From Chiloscyllium plagiosum (Eukaryota): a stretch of DNA of 20,000 bases. The stretch spans positions 76,112,284 to 76,132,283 of the forward strand of contig NC_057719.1 of NCBI RefSeq assembly GCF_004010195.1, read 5' to 3'. Of this stretch, positions 10,196 to 19,907 are shown piece by piece. The translations under genes were made by a program, and so were the position numbers. The notes beneath the pieces were generated by a model. The model saw nothing but the letters and a program-made list of their open reading frames with translations, was not told where the DNA came from and did not search any database. Every line of letters begins with the position of its first letter. The first letter of the stretch is position 1.

Positions 10196-10372
10196 TATAG
10201 TTAAAAATCACACAACACCAGGTTATAGTCCAACAGGTTTATTTGGTAGCACTAGCATTTGGAGCACTCCAAAAGCTAGAATGTCTGAATAAACCTGTTG
10301 GAGTATAACCTGGTGTTGTGTGATTTTTTAACTTTGTCCACCCCAGTCCAACACTGGCACTTCCAAATCATG
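10196..10372. mobile_element. Penelope-like fold-back mini-element, family B
   Basis: Arms 10199-10243 and 10288-10333 are near-perfect inverted repeats. The centre TTTGGAGCACTCCAAA corresponds to hammerhead stem II. Perfect 12-bp TSD TCTACACACTGA at 10184-10195 and 10373-10384. Confidence 0.93.
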
Positions 10373-10508
10373 TCTACACACTGAGAGCTTCTAACCTCTG
10401 TTTGACCCTAACTACATGAAATCTGCTGGGAAATCTTATTGATGTTGTCACCTGTAGCTCTCACCTCTGAGCAGGAAGATTGCAGGTTCAAGACCCATTT
10501 CAGGACTG

Positions 10509-10785
10509 GAGACTGTATGGAGTTTGCAGATTCTCCCCATGTCTGCGTGGGTTTCCTCCGGGTGCTCCGGTTTCCTCCCACAGTCCAAAGATGTGCAGGT
10601 CAGGTGGATTGGCAAGCTAAACTACCCCTGGTGTTCAGGGATGTGCAGTCTAGGTGGATTAGCCATGGGAAATGCAGGTTTACATGAATAGGGTGGGGGA
10701 GGGGATGTGTGTCTGGGTGGGATGCTCTTCAGGTAGTTGGTGTGGGCCAAATGGCCGGCTTCCCCACTGTAGGGATTCTATGACT
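10509..10785 (+). mobile_element. HE1-type SINE lacking its tRNA head
   Basis: Starts at GACTGTATGGAGTTTGCA and ends ACTGTAGGGATTCTATGA. Confidence 0.9.
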
Positions 10786-10790
10786 CTTAA

Positions 10791-11064
10791 GGGTGACATG
10801 GTGGTTCAGTAGTTAGCACTGCTGCCTCACAGCACCAGTGACCCGGGTTCAATTCCACCCTCAGGCAACTGTCTGTGTGGAGTTTGCACATTCTCCCTGT
10901 GTCTGTGTGGGTTTCCTCCCACAGTCCAAAGATGTGCAGGTTAGTGGAGTAGCCATGGGAAATGCAGAGTTACGGGATGGGGGAGGGTGCATCTGGGTGG
11001 GATGCTCTTCAGGGGGGTGGAATGGGCTGAATGATCTGCTTCTAAACTGTAGGGATTCAATGAT
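10791..11064 (+). mobile_element. HE1-type SINE, full length
   Basis: A-box TGGTTCAGTAG, B-box GGTTCAATTCC, tail GTAGGGATTCAATGAT. Confidence 0.93.
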
Positions 11065-11777
11065 ATAGGCCAATACTCCAGTGCAATACAGTGACAGTGC
11101 TACACTGTCAGAGCCAACACATTTTAAATGAAATAAGAAACTGAGGTTCAGTCTTTTCTCTTAGGTAGATGTAAAAGATCCCATGGCATAGTAAGAAGAA
11201 CAATGTAGTTCTTCCCAGTATCCTTATCCCTCAGTCAGCACCAGGAAAACAGATTATTGGGTCATTGTCATTTGAAGGAGATTACACTGCACAAATTGAC
11301 TTTCTGTGATACTCCAAAGGTACTTCACTGGCTATCAATCACTCTGGGACATCCTGTAGATGTGAAGGTGTGATCCAAAAATACAAGTCTTTTTCTTTAC
11401 ACCTGTGTGGTTCTAATGTTAAGTGAACAGGATGTCTGTGTAAAACTTGATATGGCTGGAATAAGCATGACATTTCCTAAAGGATAAACAAGTGGAAAAA
11501 TCTAAGACCAAACACATTGGTTGCTTGACTTCTGCGCTATTTAATTCTATAATAACAACTGTAAAGTAGCAAGGACATGCATGCGGGAATTCGGAAAATT
11601 TACTGATACTACACCTCATTATACACTGATTAATGTTCTCATTCTTCAAATGGTGCCTACTCTGTATGGGCCAATGTCACTCTCCTTATCCCCCCAAACT
11701 CCTCCATATCATTCATGCCTCTTCTCTCATGTGACCTTTGATGTTCTATACACTATTGCACTTTGGTCTGTTGATCC

Positions 11778-11856
11778 ATAAGAAATAAGAGCAGGAGGAA
11801 ACCACTGGCCCATTGAATCCTTTCTGCTGTTCAATACTATCATGCATGATCTGATA
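11778..11856 (-). mobile_element. Short CR1 3'-terminal remnant
   Basis: CATAAGAAATAAGAGCAGGAGG..GGCCCATTGA..TTCAATACTATCATG is the antisense of a CR1 tail like that at 6183-6260. Confidence 0.6.
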
Positions 11857-12151
11857 TAAGAACAAAAAAAGATCCCAACGGGGAAACAAGAGGTAAGACT
11901 TTAGGTTGATGATCTTTCATCAGAGGATTTTACAGTGTTTTGCTTTTGTGTCATAGCTGACCTCGTAATGATCTTAACCTCAATTTCCTGCCTGCTTTGA
12001 TTCACAGTATTAATGTGAACCACATCCAACCAAACAATTCCAATGGCAATCAGCCAGCAAGTAGTAACAGAAACATCAAAACATCTGGATCGATGATAGA
12101 TCAGACCCAATGCATCACCAACTGCTTATGGCACACCTTTAACAACTCATC

Positions 12152-12285
12152 CTTTTTTTAAAAAAAAAGTAATCTATTTTTCTAATCAACTTGTTCAGAG
12201 ATGTTATTACACACCTCTGAAGCAGGTGGGACTTGAACCCGGGCCTCCTGGTGCAGGGGTATGAACACTGCCACAAGGGAGCCTG
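12152..12285 (-). mobile_element. Short tRNA-derived SINE
   Basis: Minus strand GGCTCCCTTGTGGCAGTG..GGCCCGGGTTCAAGTCCC (B-box)..GGTGTGTAATAACATCTCTGAACAAGTTGATTAGAAAAAT. 10-bp TSD ACAACTCATC at 12142-12151 and 12286-12295. Confidence 0.85.
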
Positions 12286-12835
12286 ACAACTCATCTTTCT
12301 AACTAGAACACTAATTAGGCCCAGCTCATTCCCAGTCGTTATTATTGACCATTTGGTTTCCTTAACTCTCAGAGGGCTGGCACAAAGCTGTTCAGATTCG
12401 CACTTTATTAATTACTCTTTGAAGGGACAGATTTAGTAAAAACTACTCATCTACCACAATTTATCTGAGCATTTTGCTGTTGCTTTAATACATAATTCTG
12501 AAGCATAGGTCAGTAACATCTGCTGCAGGAAAATTAATTAATTATTAATGCCAATTGTAACGCAAGCTTTATTAAACAGACTTCTGAATATGTCTTGCCA
12601 CCTTCAGAGATTTGCTACAAAGGATTCACCTTTCTTTCACCATTTTTAAATTAGAACATTTACTTTAAATTACCATTCCTTATTCCATCTGCCAATATAT
12701 TTCTTCATATGTTTGGGCTAGATTTCTTCTCTAACTTGTCTCCCAGTCATTTTGGAGTCTGTCAGAATCTACTTCATAAATACCATATTTCCAGGCTTTG
12801 TATCATACACACACTTTGATGTACCTTTGTGGATC

Positions 12836-12899
12836 ATTTTAACCAACCTATCCCGGCAAGTTATGGCACACCCCTAGAATTGATGGGATTTGAACCATC
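12836..12899 (-). mobile_element. Older 3' half of the same short tRNA-SINE family
   Basis: Minus strand GGTTCAAATCCC..GGTGTGCCATAACTTGCCGGGATAGGTTGGTTAAAAT aligns with 12240-12178. Confidence 0.65.
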
Positions 12900-12919
12900 A
12901 AATAGCGACCCCCTATTTA

Positions 12920-13011
12920 CCTTACTGCACTGAGTACTTCCAAGCAGTCTCCCATCCAGGTCTGAGTCTGCTTAGCTTCTGAGATCAGATTTTCTTTCAG
13001 ATGAGTATACC
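12920..13011 (-). pseudogene. 5S rRNA pseudogene or 5S-derived SINE head
   Basis: Minus strand TCTGATCTCAGAAGCTAAGCAGACTCAGACCTGGATGGGAGACTGCTTGGAAGTACTCAGTGCAGTAAG matches vertebrate 5S (TCTGATCTCGGAAGCTAAGCAGGGTCGGGCCTGG..ATGGGAGACCGCCTGGGAATACCGGGTGCTGTAGG) with an 11-nt internal deletion. Confidence 0.9.
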
Positions 13012-13059
13012 AGAGGCAGGGACAACTTTGTATGCATCCCACCAGTCTGCAAGCAAATG

Positions 13060-13212
13060 TTAATTACCACTCACTGCTTTCTGTCCCTTGCATAATCTTG
13101 TGCACACATTGCCACTGTGCATTAAACCCCAAGGGCTTCAATTTTACTAACAGGTGTGTTATGTTGTACTTTATCAAATGCCTTTTTAAAGTCAATAAAG
13201 ACAACATCAACC
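13060..13212 (-). mobile_element. Old CR1 reverse-transcriptase fragment
   Basis: Minus translation VDVVFIDFKKAFDKVQH..VSKIEALGV..DRKQ*VVI (CR1 D..KAFD motif). 12580-12830 is probably its decayed continuation. Confidence 0.8.
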
Positions 13213-13474
13213 ACATGTTTACGCAACCTCGGCATTTCCTCACTGAGACTGATGACTAATTTAAGATCAGTTCATGTATTGTCAAATGCTATGTGGGCTG
13301 GAAATAAATCAATTACTGAATCAATGCAGCTTCCAAGTTTGTTTAAAAAATGCCAAGAAAGCAAAGTCAATTGAAACGTTGTAATGAAGTAATAAGAATG
13401 TGTAATGAACAAGCCCAATTTCAACTGACCCATTAGTAGAGCCTTCAGCTGGGTATAGGTCCACAGTCTATGTC

Positions 13475-14349
13475 ATAGAGTCAAAGAATCATAGAGATGT
13501 ACAGCACAGAAACACACTCTTCGGTCCAACTTATCCATGCTGACCAGACATTCCAACCGAATCTAGACCCATTTGCCAGCACAAGGGCCATATCCCTCCA
13601 AATCCTTCCTATTCATATACCCATCAGATATCTTTTTAATATCGTTATTGTACCAGCCTCCACCACTTCCTCTGGCAGCTCATTCCACACACGCACCACC
13701 CTCTGCATGAAAGAAATTGTCCCATAGGTCTCTCTTATTTTCCCCTCTCACCCTAAACCTATGCCCTCTAGTTCTAGACTCCTCCACCCTAGGGAAGAGG
13801 CTTTGTCTATTTATCCTTTCCATGCCCTTCATGATTTTATAAACCTCTATAAGGTCACCCCTCAGCCTCTGACGATACAGGGGAAACAGCCCCAGCCTGT
13901 TCAGCCTCTCCCTGTAGCTCAAATCCTCCATCCCTGGCAACTTCCTTGTAAATCTTTTCTGAACCCTTTCAAGTTTCACAACATCCTTCTGATAAGAAGG
14001 AGACCAGAATTGCACGCAATATTCCAACAGTGGCCGAACCAATGTCCTGTACAGCCACAACATGACCACCCAACTCCTGTACTCAATACTCTGACCAATA
14101 AAGGAAAGCACACCAAACGCCTTCTTCACTATCCTATCTACCTGCAACTCCACTTTCAAGAAGCTTTGAACCTGCACTCCAAGGTCTCTTTGTTTAGAAA
14201 ATCTCCCTTGGACCTTACCATTAAGTGTATAAGGCCTGCTAAGATTTGCTTTTCCAAAATGCAGCACCTCCCATTTATCTGAATTAACCTCCATCTGCCA
14301 CACCTCAGCCCATTGGCCCATCTGATCAAGATCCCGTTGTAATCTGAGA
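13475..14349 (-). mobile_element. HER1/CR1 LINE, 5'-truncated, RT C-terminus still largely open
   Basis: ORF 14447-13680 from YLRLQRDLDQMGQWAEVWQM..KWEVLHFG..LYRTLVRPLLEYCVQFWSP..LERVQKRFTR..RGDLIEVYKIM; short CTATGA-type tail at 13475-13495. Confidence 0.96.
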
Positions 14350-14619
14350 TAATTTATGTGGTTCAATGTTGATTTTTTATCAGGTTGTGCAGGCAGGATC
14401 ACAATAAGGGTTTGATAGAGTGAGGTGGTTTTGGGAACTTTTGGCAAGGGCTTTTTGGCGCCTCTAGGAGATGAGACGATGGTAGGAGTTTGGTTTTAAC
14501 AGTGCGAGAGGGAGGTAAGGAAGGGGCAGTATTATCATCTCGGGGGTATGCCCCACAATGGGCAAAATGCAAACACCAAAGATAGTGCACCACTCCTTCC
14601 AGCTGTTTAAACACTTTCG

Positions 14620-15560
14620 AACACATTGTGTTACCTCCCAATCCTCAACCCATTAGTGTAGCCGGGATGCTACTGGTGCCAATTCCTCCAAAGCACAACT
14701 CATCATATCCTTCCCCCCCACTAAGGAGAGTCCAGCAGCTCAGGCTTTGGGATTCTCCACTGGCTTGGCCCAGATCTGGGGTGCTATTGACAGCTTTCCA
14801 CACTGCTGATAGGTCACACTGCCAGCAATTTGTTCCTCAACAGAGGGAGCTTCTAATCCATCGATGTTCAAACCAAATGTGACCATAGGTGCTATATTCT
14901 GGAGATCAGTCCCAGACATCCTGGATGCTTCCACAGCTTTTACATTGCTCGTTGTTTTTCTCCAAGCCCCTCTGGACGTACGGGCTGCTGGGAGAATAAG
15001 GTTACACCTCTCCAACATGGCTCATGATACCTATATGAAACTGTCAGACTGAATCATTGAATCGCTCCAGTGCACAAGCAGGCCATTCGGCCCTTTGAGT
15101 CCACACTGACCCTCTAAAGGAGCACCTCAACCTATCCTTGTATCCCTGTATTTCCACCTAGCCTGCACATCCACGGACAATTTAGCCTGGCCAGTCTTCC
15201 TAACCTGCACCTCCATGGACTGTGGGAGGAAACCAGAGCACACCCATGTAGGTGCAGTGAGAACGTGTAAACTCCACACAGACAGTCGCCCGAGGTTGGA
15301 ATCGAATGCAGGTCCCTGATGCTGTGAGGCTACAGTGTTAATCACTGAGCCACAGTGCCACCCTGACTGATGCTGAATGAAGAAACAACACTACTCGTAC
15401 GTTCACCAAGGAACAAACTCTAGTCCTCCATGAGGTGAGATTTTGGTGCTTGCACCCTCCAGTCGGACCTTGCAGCTTAGCCAGAAGGGCAACCCTCATC
15501 ATCGTGATATGTTGTGCCCTTCGCAACCGCAGCAAAAATAACAGGGGAATGTCCCAGTTG
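14620..15560 (+). pseudogene. PIF/Harbinger DDE transposase fossil (HARBI1-like family), interrupted by an HE1 SINE
   Basis: Motifs in order: CVTSQSSTH*C (14627), QIWGAID (14771), SIDVQTKCDHR..HPGCFH (14857-14934), GLLGE*GYTSPTWLMIP (14982-15032), EQTLVLHEVRFWCL (15411-15452), IIVICCALRN (15498-15527). Confidence 0.92.
15053..15363 (-). mobile_element. HE1-type SINE inserted in the Harbinger transposase
   Basis: Antisense head GGGTGGCACTGTGGCTCAGTGATTAACACTG; TSD GACTGA at 15047-15052 and 15365-15370. Confidence 0.93.
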
Positions 15561-16699
15561 CAGACAAAATGTGGCAATGATGACAACATTCCAAGGCTGA
15601 AGGTTGGGATATTAATCAGGAGAGAGAGCATGACGGTGCAATGCAAAATCAAACCTGATGCCAGAGGTCATTTCATTGCAGGCACCTTTCAGGATGACTA
15701 CACTGGGCTTGCTGGGGCTTCCATCAATTAGTTGATATCCCATTGGGAATATAACAACCAGCTCCTGCTTAGCACTAAGGTAAGTGGAATTTGATATTTT
15801 TGCAGTCCTTAATCTTTTGTGCTGCTGGATAAATATCTCATTAGCCATCTGATTGTACACTGGATATCTTCGGGTGATGCAGCGGACCATTGGGGGAAAG
15901 GCATCAATCAGTGTAACTGAGCACTAATATCACATGACTTCATGTTTATCTAGGTCTAAGGCACCTATCGGTATATGATTGCCAAGTATGGTGCAGGGAA
16001 CTCCCCCATGAGCCAACAGGTTTGAGAGGAGCCTTGAGGGTTCTGTTTTCGCATCTTCCATCATTAGTAATCCTTCTGAATGTCTGTAAACTGCTAGGTT
16101 TCCCTGAAGTGCTCAAGCATCTTTTAACCTGCAAGAGGCAGTGCTTTGAGTGGCTTTTATCTGCAGCCCAATGCATTATAAGGGAGAGCGAGTGGCATGT
16201 GAACTGCCCATGGTACATCTCACAGCCTTGAATGGCAGTGTGCTCCTCTGAAAAGCATTTAGAGTGAACCTTCCCTGCAAAGATAAACTCTGACTCCATT
16301 CACTCACTGACAAGGTGGGTGTAATAACATGTGTAGGCCAGGCTTTGGCACATTCCCTGCACATCCTGTTTCATCTCATTGTTGGCATTAACGTGCGTTG
16401 CCTTGGCTGCAGTCACCAACGTCACTGTTCAAGAATCTCTGGTGCGTGCAGCTGCCTGCAGTGATGGTGTCGCTTCCCTGTGAGAAATGAGCAAGGCTTG
16501 GCCATGGCAACGTCATTCATCCTTGAAGAGGCTGCTCATCGCTCTCACATGGACGTGACTCAGCCAGGTCCATCAGCACCAACTAACCACAGCAGCCATG
16601 CCCACTGTGCGAGTGAACTTATACTTACAAAAGTGAAAAGTTTTTGACAATGGCATTTGAACTGTGCCACCTATGCACCATCAGTAAATGTTCTGCTTC

Positions 16700-17530
16700 A
16701 TCCTATGTCTAAATGTAGCTCCAACTTCCACAGCTGGGATGGAGGAAGCCTGTTCTGTGGTGTGCCCTGCTTGCAGGGTCTAGATTAGAGTGGTGCTGGA
16801 AAAGCACAGCAGGTCAGGCAGCATCCGAGGAGCAGGTACATCGATGTTTCAAGGGATTCCAGATGAAGGGCTTTTGCCCGAAACGTCGATTTTCCTGCTC
16901 CTCGAATGCCGCCTGACCTACTGTGCTTTTCCAGCACCACTCTAATCTGGACTCTGATCTCCAGCATCTGCAGTCCTCACTTTTGCCTGTTTGCAGGGGC
17001 CTCCCAGCAATGGTAGTAGGCCAATTCTTCCTGCAAGGAGACAAAAGGAGGGGCTGAATGAATTGAAGTGCAGTTAGTGATGCTACACGAGCAGAAGAGG
17101 TGGTGAGGAATCCCCACTGATGGAGTAGGAAGCATAGAGGGCAGCAAGGGTTATTTGTTTGGGCAGGTAAGGTGGCTAAAAGCCATTGGCTGGACATGAT
17201 GCACGCGATCCTGAAAATTGTGGTCCATGAGAGAAATGTACTGTGGCCAATTGGATACCGGGGGTGGCCCTTTGACCAAAAGAAGATGATGGCAATTCAC
17301 CTTCGTGGTACTCCGAGGATTGCCAACTTTCCTTATGCACTGCTTCGCTTCCAGCTTCACCCAGAACATGGCTGCAGTTTGTGTCTGGATGGTGGCTTGC
17401 CCTGATGGTGTGGCCTCCTGTGGCAGTCTGTCGGAGAAAGGACTCCCGTTCCTCTCCGCCCATTTTGTCCATCAGCACCTCCAGGTCTCTGTAACACAGG
17501 CTGTGAGCTCTCCTTTCCTGTATCTCTTGC
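16700..17530 (-). pseudogene. Harbinger Myb/SANT-like DNA-binding gene fossil (NAIF1/MSANTD-like) with a predicted intron at 17300-17031
   Basis: Frameshifted RAHSLCYRDLEVLMDKM / GVLSPTDCHRRPHHQ / AKQCIRKVGNPRSTTK, then donor AAG|GTGAAT, acceptor CTTTTGTCTCCTTGCAG|, and EELAYYH (like EK.AHN). The 3' extent is uncertain. Confidence 0.75.
16779..16988. mobile_element. Penelope-like fold-back mini-element, family A, inserted in the Harbinger Myb gene
   Basis: 72-nt arms 16779-16850 and 16880-16951 (7 mismatches by hand count). Hammerhead CAGATGA-A-GGGC-TTTT-GCCC-GAAA-CGTC at 16860-16887. TSD G(C/T)TTGCAGGG at 16769-16778 and 16989-16998. Confidence 0.93.
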
Positions 17531-17677
17531 GCTGAATATGGGGTGGCTTGAGTTGAGGGCCAAGTCCTACCTAGCAGCATCTGAAGTGCAGTGTAGCTTG
17601 GGCTACGATCATGGCAGCCAGAGGTGTGAACGCCGGCTGGTCCTGACAGTGACGAGCATCTCTCCTGTCAGGCGATT

Positions 17678-18538
17678 TATAGAGTCAGAGAGAAGTACAG
17701 CACAGAAACAGACCCTTCAGTTCAAGTCGTCCATGCCAACCAGATATCCCAACCTAATCTAGTCCCCTTTGCCAGTACCCAGTCCATATCCCTCTAAACC
17801 CCTTCCTATTTATATACCCATCCAGATGCCTTTTAAATGTTGTAATTGTACCAGCCTCCACCACTTGTTCAGCCTCTCCCTGTAGCTCAAATCCTCCAAC
17901 CCTGGCAACATCCTTGTAAAGGGCGGTACGGTGGCTGAATGGTTAGCACTGCTGCCTCACAAGCACCAGGCACCCACGTTCAATTCCTGCCTCAGGTGAC
18001 TGTCTATGTGGAGTTTGCACATTTTCTCCGTGTGGGTTTTCTCCAGGTGCTCTGGTTTCCTCCCACAATCCAAGAAAACATGCAGGCCAGGTGAATTGGC
18101 CATGATAAATTACCCATAATGTTAGGTGCATTAGTCAGGGGTAAATATAGGGTAGGAGAATGGGTCTGGGTGGGTTACTCTTCGGAGAGTCAGTGTGGAC
18201 TTGTTGGGCCGAAGGTCCTATTTCCATACTGTAGGGAATCTAATCTAATCTGTTCTGAACCCTTTCAAGTTTCACAACATCCTTCCTAGAGGAAGGAGAC
18301 CAGAATTGCATGCAATATTCCAAAAATGGCCTAACCAATGTCCTGTACAGCCGCAATATGACCTCCCAACTTCTATACTCAATGCTCTGACCAATAAAGG
18401 AGAGCATACCAAACACCTTTTTCACTATCCTATCTACCTCTGCGTCTACTTTCAAGGAGCTTTGAACCTGTACTCCAAGGTCTCTTTGTTCAGCAACACT
18501 CCCTAGGACTTTACCATTAAATGTATAAGTCCTGCTAT
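17678..18538 (-). mobile_element. HER1/CR1 LINE 3' fragment with an internal deletion, split by an HE1 SINE
   Basis: Closely similar to 13475-14240 but lacks ~230 bp at 17865. ORF 18617-18240 contains GKVLGSVAEQRDLGVQV..LYRTLVRPFLEYCMQFWSP. Confidence 0.95.
17921..18251 (+). mobile_element. HE1-type SINE, full length
   Basis: Head GGGCGGTACGGTGGCTGAATGGTTAGCACTGCTGCCTCAC, tail GTAGGGAATCTAATCTAATCT. Confidence 0.94.
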
Positions 18539-19907
18539 GATTCCCTGAGAAAGGGTGCACAACATCATTAATGAGGTGAAGAGTGGAAGGTTGTGCGAGA
18601 AAAATCACTTGAGCCATGATGCTCTGGGTACCATACGTTTCACTTGACTGAAGTCTTCCACTGAAAATGGGAAAATTGTGCTCATGGGAATCATCTCCAT
18701 TCAGTTATACCTTCCAAACGGGAATAAGATGAATGACTTATTATGCTCTTTTTGGTGGCTTTGAAGATTATTAGCCACAACTAAATAGTACAATGCTGTC
18801 TGGAATGATATTGAGCTGGAATGCAAGTGGGCTGTGGTTTAGTGTCAGGTGAACATTGCCAAGTTTCCCAATTAAAACAAAGCGCAGAATGACAATTGAG
18901 AAGCTGGAGACGACTTTTACTCTGCAGGAGAGGAGGAAGAACAAAGTGGCCTCACTGTTTAATAATGTAACGAGATGAGCCAGTGAGCAGCTTGCCTTAC
19001 AAGTAGCAGCTTAGAAATAACGGTAAATCAGGAAATGCTGACTACTTACAGCTGTCAAGTGACTGACCTGAAAAGCTGGTCCAATGGTCATAGACCAAAG
19101 CAGCAAACTAAACTCATTTTATTATATTACTGTGAGGTGATGCAAGCATTCATTGATTGGGCCAGACACATTAGGGAAAGGAAATGGTTTCTATTCAAAG
19201 TGTTAATTTACACTGAAAATAGCTTTACTTCAGAGGAAGAGGTCATTAATGAATATATTTATTGATCTGCAGCTGGCTCTTCACATTTTTGACAGAAATA
19301 AGCACCATTACTTCAACCGCCTGCTTAATCCTGTTCTCTTTCAAACAGTAGGCTCGCAATGATCACATTGTTGAAGTCAATAGCATTTGGCTAAATTCTG
19401 AAAACTGGGATGGGAGAGGAAAAACTAAGGTATCTCATTTTGCAATGCTCAGATGGGATGGCATAGGCCTTGTGTTACAGTTTTGTTCCAATTACAGATG
19501 GGATCCATTACCCTAGTTTCAGCCCTAAGGCCTAAAAGAGAAAAAAAGATAGGCTACACAAGGAAGTTCTGATAAGTGGCACTAGGATAGGGGCCTATGG
19601 ATGTATACCTGACACAGGGTGGGATTAAGGTGTTTCAGAGTCCTGCAAATTGACCAAAGTTGTTGTTTTAATGACTGAAGAAAGATTTCCGATTCCTTTT
19701 ACGAGTTACTGAGATTCTTGATCTAAGTCTCCCTGTTGAAGGACTGCAGGTAGATTCTCAGGGCAGGATTAAATGCCGCTTGAGAGCGTATTTGGAGTGA
19801 GGAGGGGGTATATTTAATCTGGTAGGAGGGTTGGGGTGCAGGCACTACTGCCTTATTGCCTCAGCTTGAGTATGTCTGAGTTTGGAAGATCCTTGGTCAG
19901 AAGTCCC

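Larger units (their letters stand above)
10450..11398 (+). mobile_element. Deu-domain SINE (SacSINE1/AmnSINE1-related): head ~10450-10508, body 11067-11398, split by two HE1 SINEs
   Basis: Head GTAGCTCTCACCTCTGAG..GGTTCAAGACCCA; body ACTCCAGTGCAATAC..GATGTAAAAGATCCCATGGCA..TTATCCCTCA..AAAACAGATTA; tail GTACTTCACTGGCT..TGGGACATCCTG..ACAAGTCTTTTTCTTT. Confidence 0.82.

Noticed and set aside
11092..11110. Perfect 8-bp hairpin TGACAGTG-CTA-CACTGTCA
   Set aside because: Short and inside a SINE body whose sequence is already partly self-complementary here.
11403..11476. Minus-strand exon candidate after a strong polypyrimidine acceptor
   Set aside because: Weak donor (GTGTAA), unrecognisable peptide, and it abuts a SINE tail.
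12920..13011. Functional 5S rRNA gene
   Set aside because: Internal deletions, many substitutions, and no tandem array or clear terminator.
15950..16365. Possible second, inverted Harbinger transposase on - (VQG, THV, GSSH, W..DK, RCL)
   Set aside because: The motifs are 3-4 residues long, scattered over frames and unevenly spaced. The region is equally explained as the 3' part of the Myb gene. A profile search is needed.
1164..18251. tRNA genes suggested by A/B boxes
   Set aside because: All are SINE heads followed by SINE bodies; none forms a standalone cloverleaf with a terminator.
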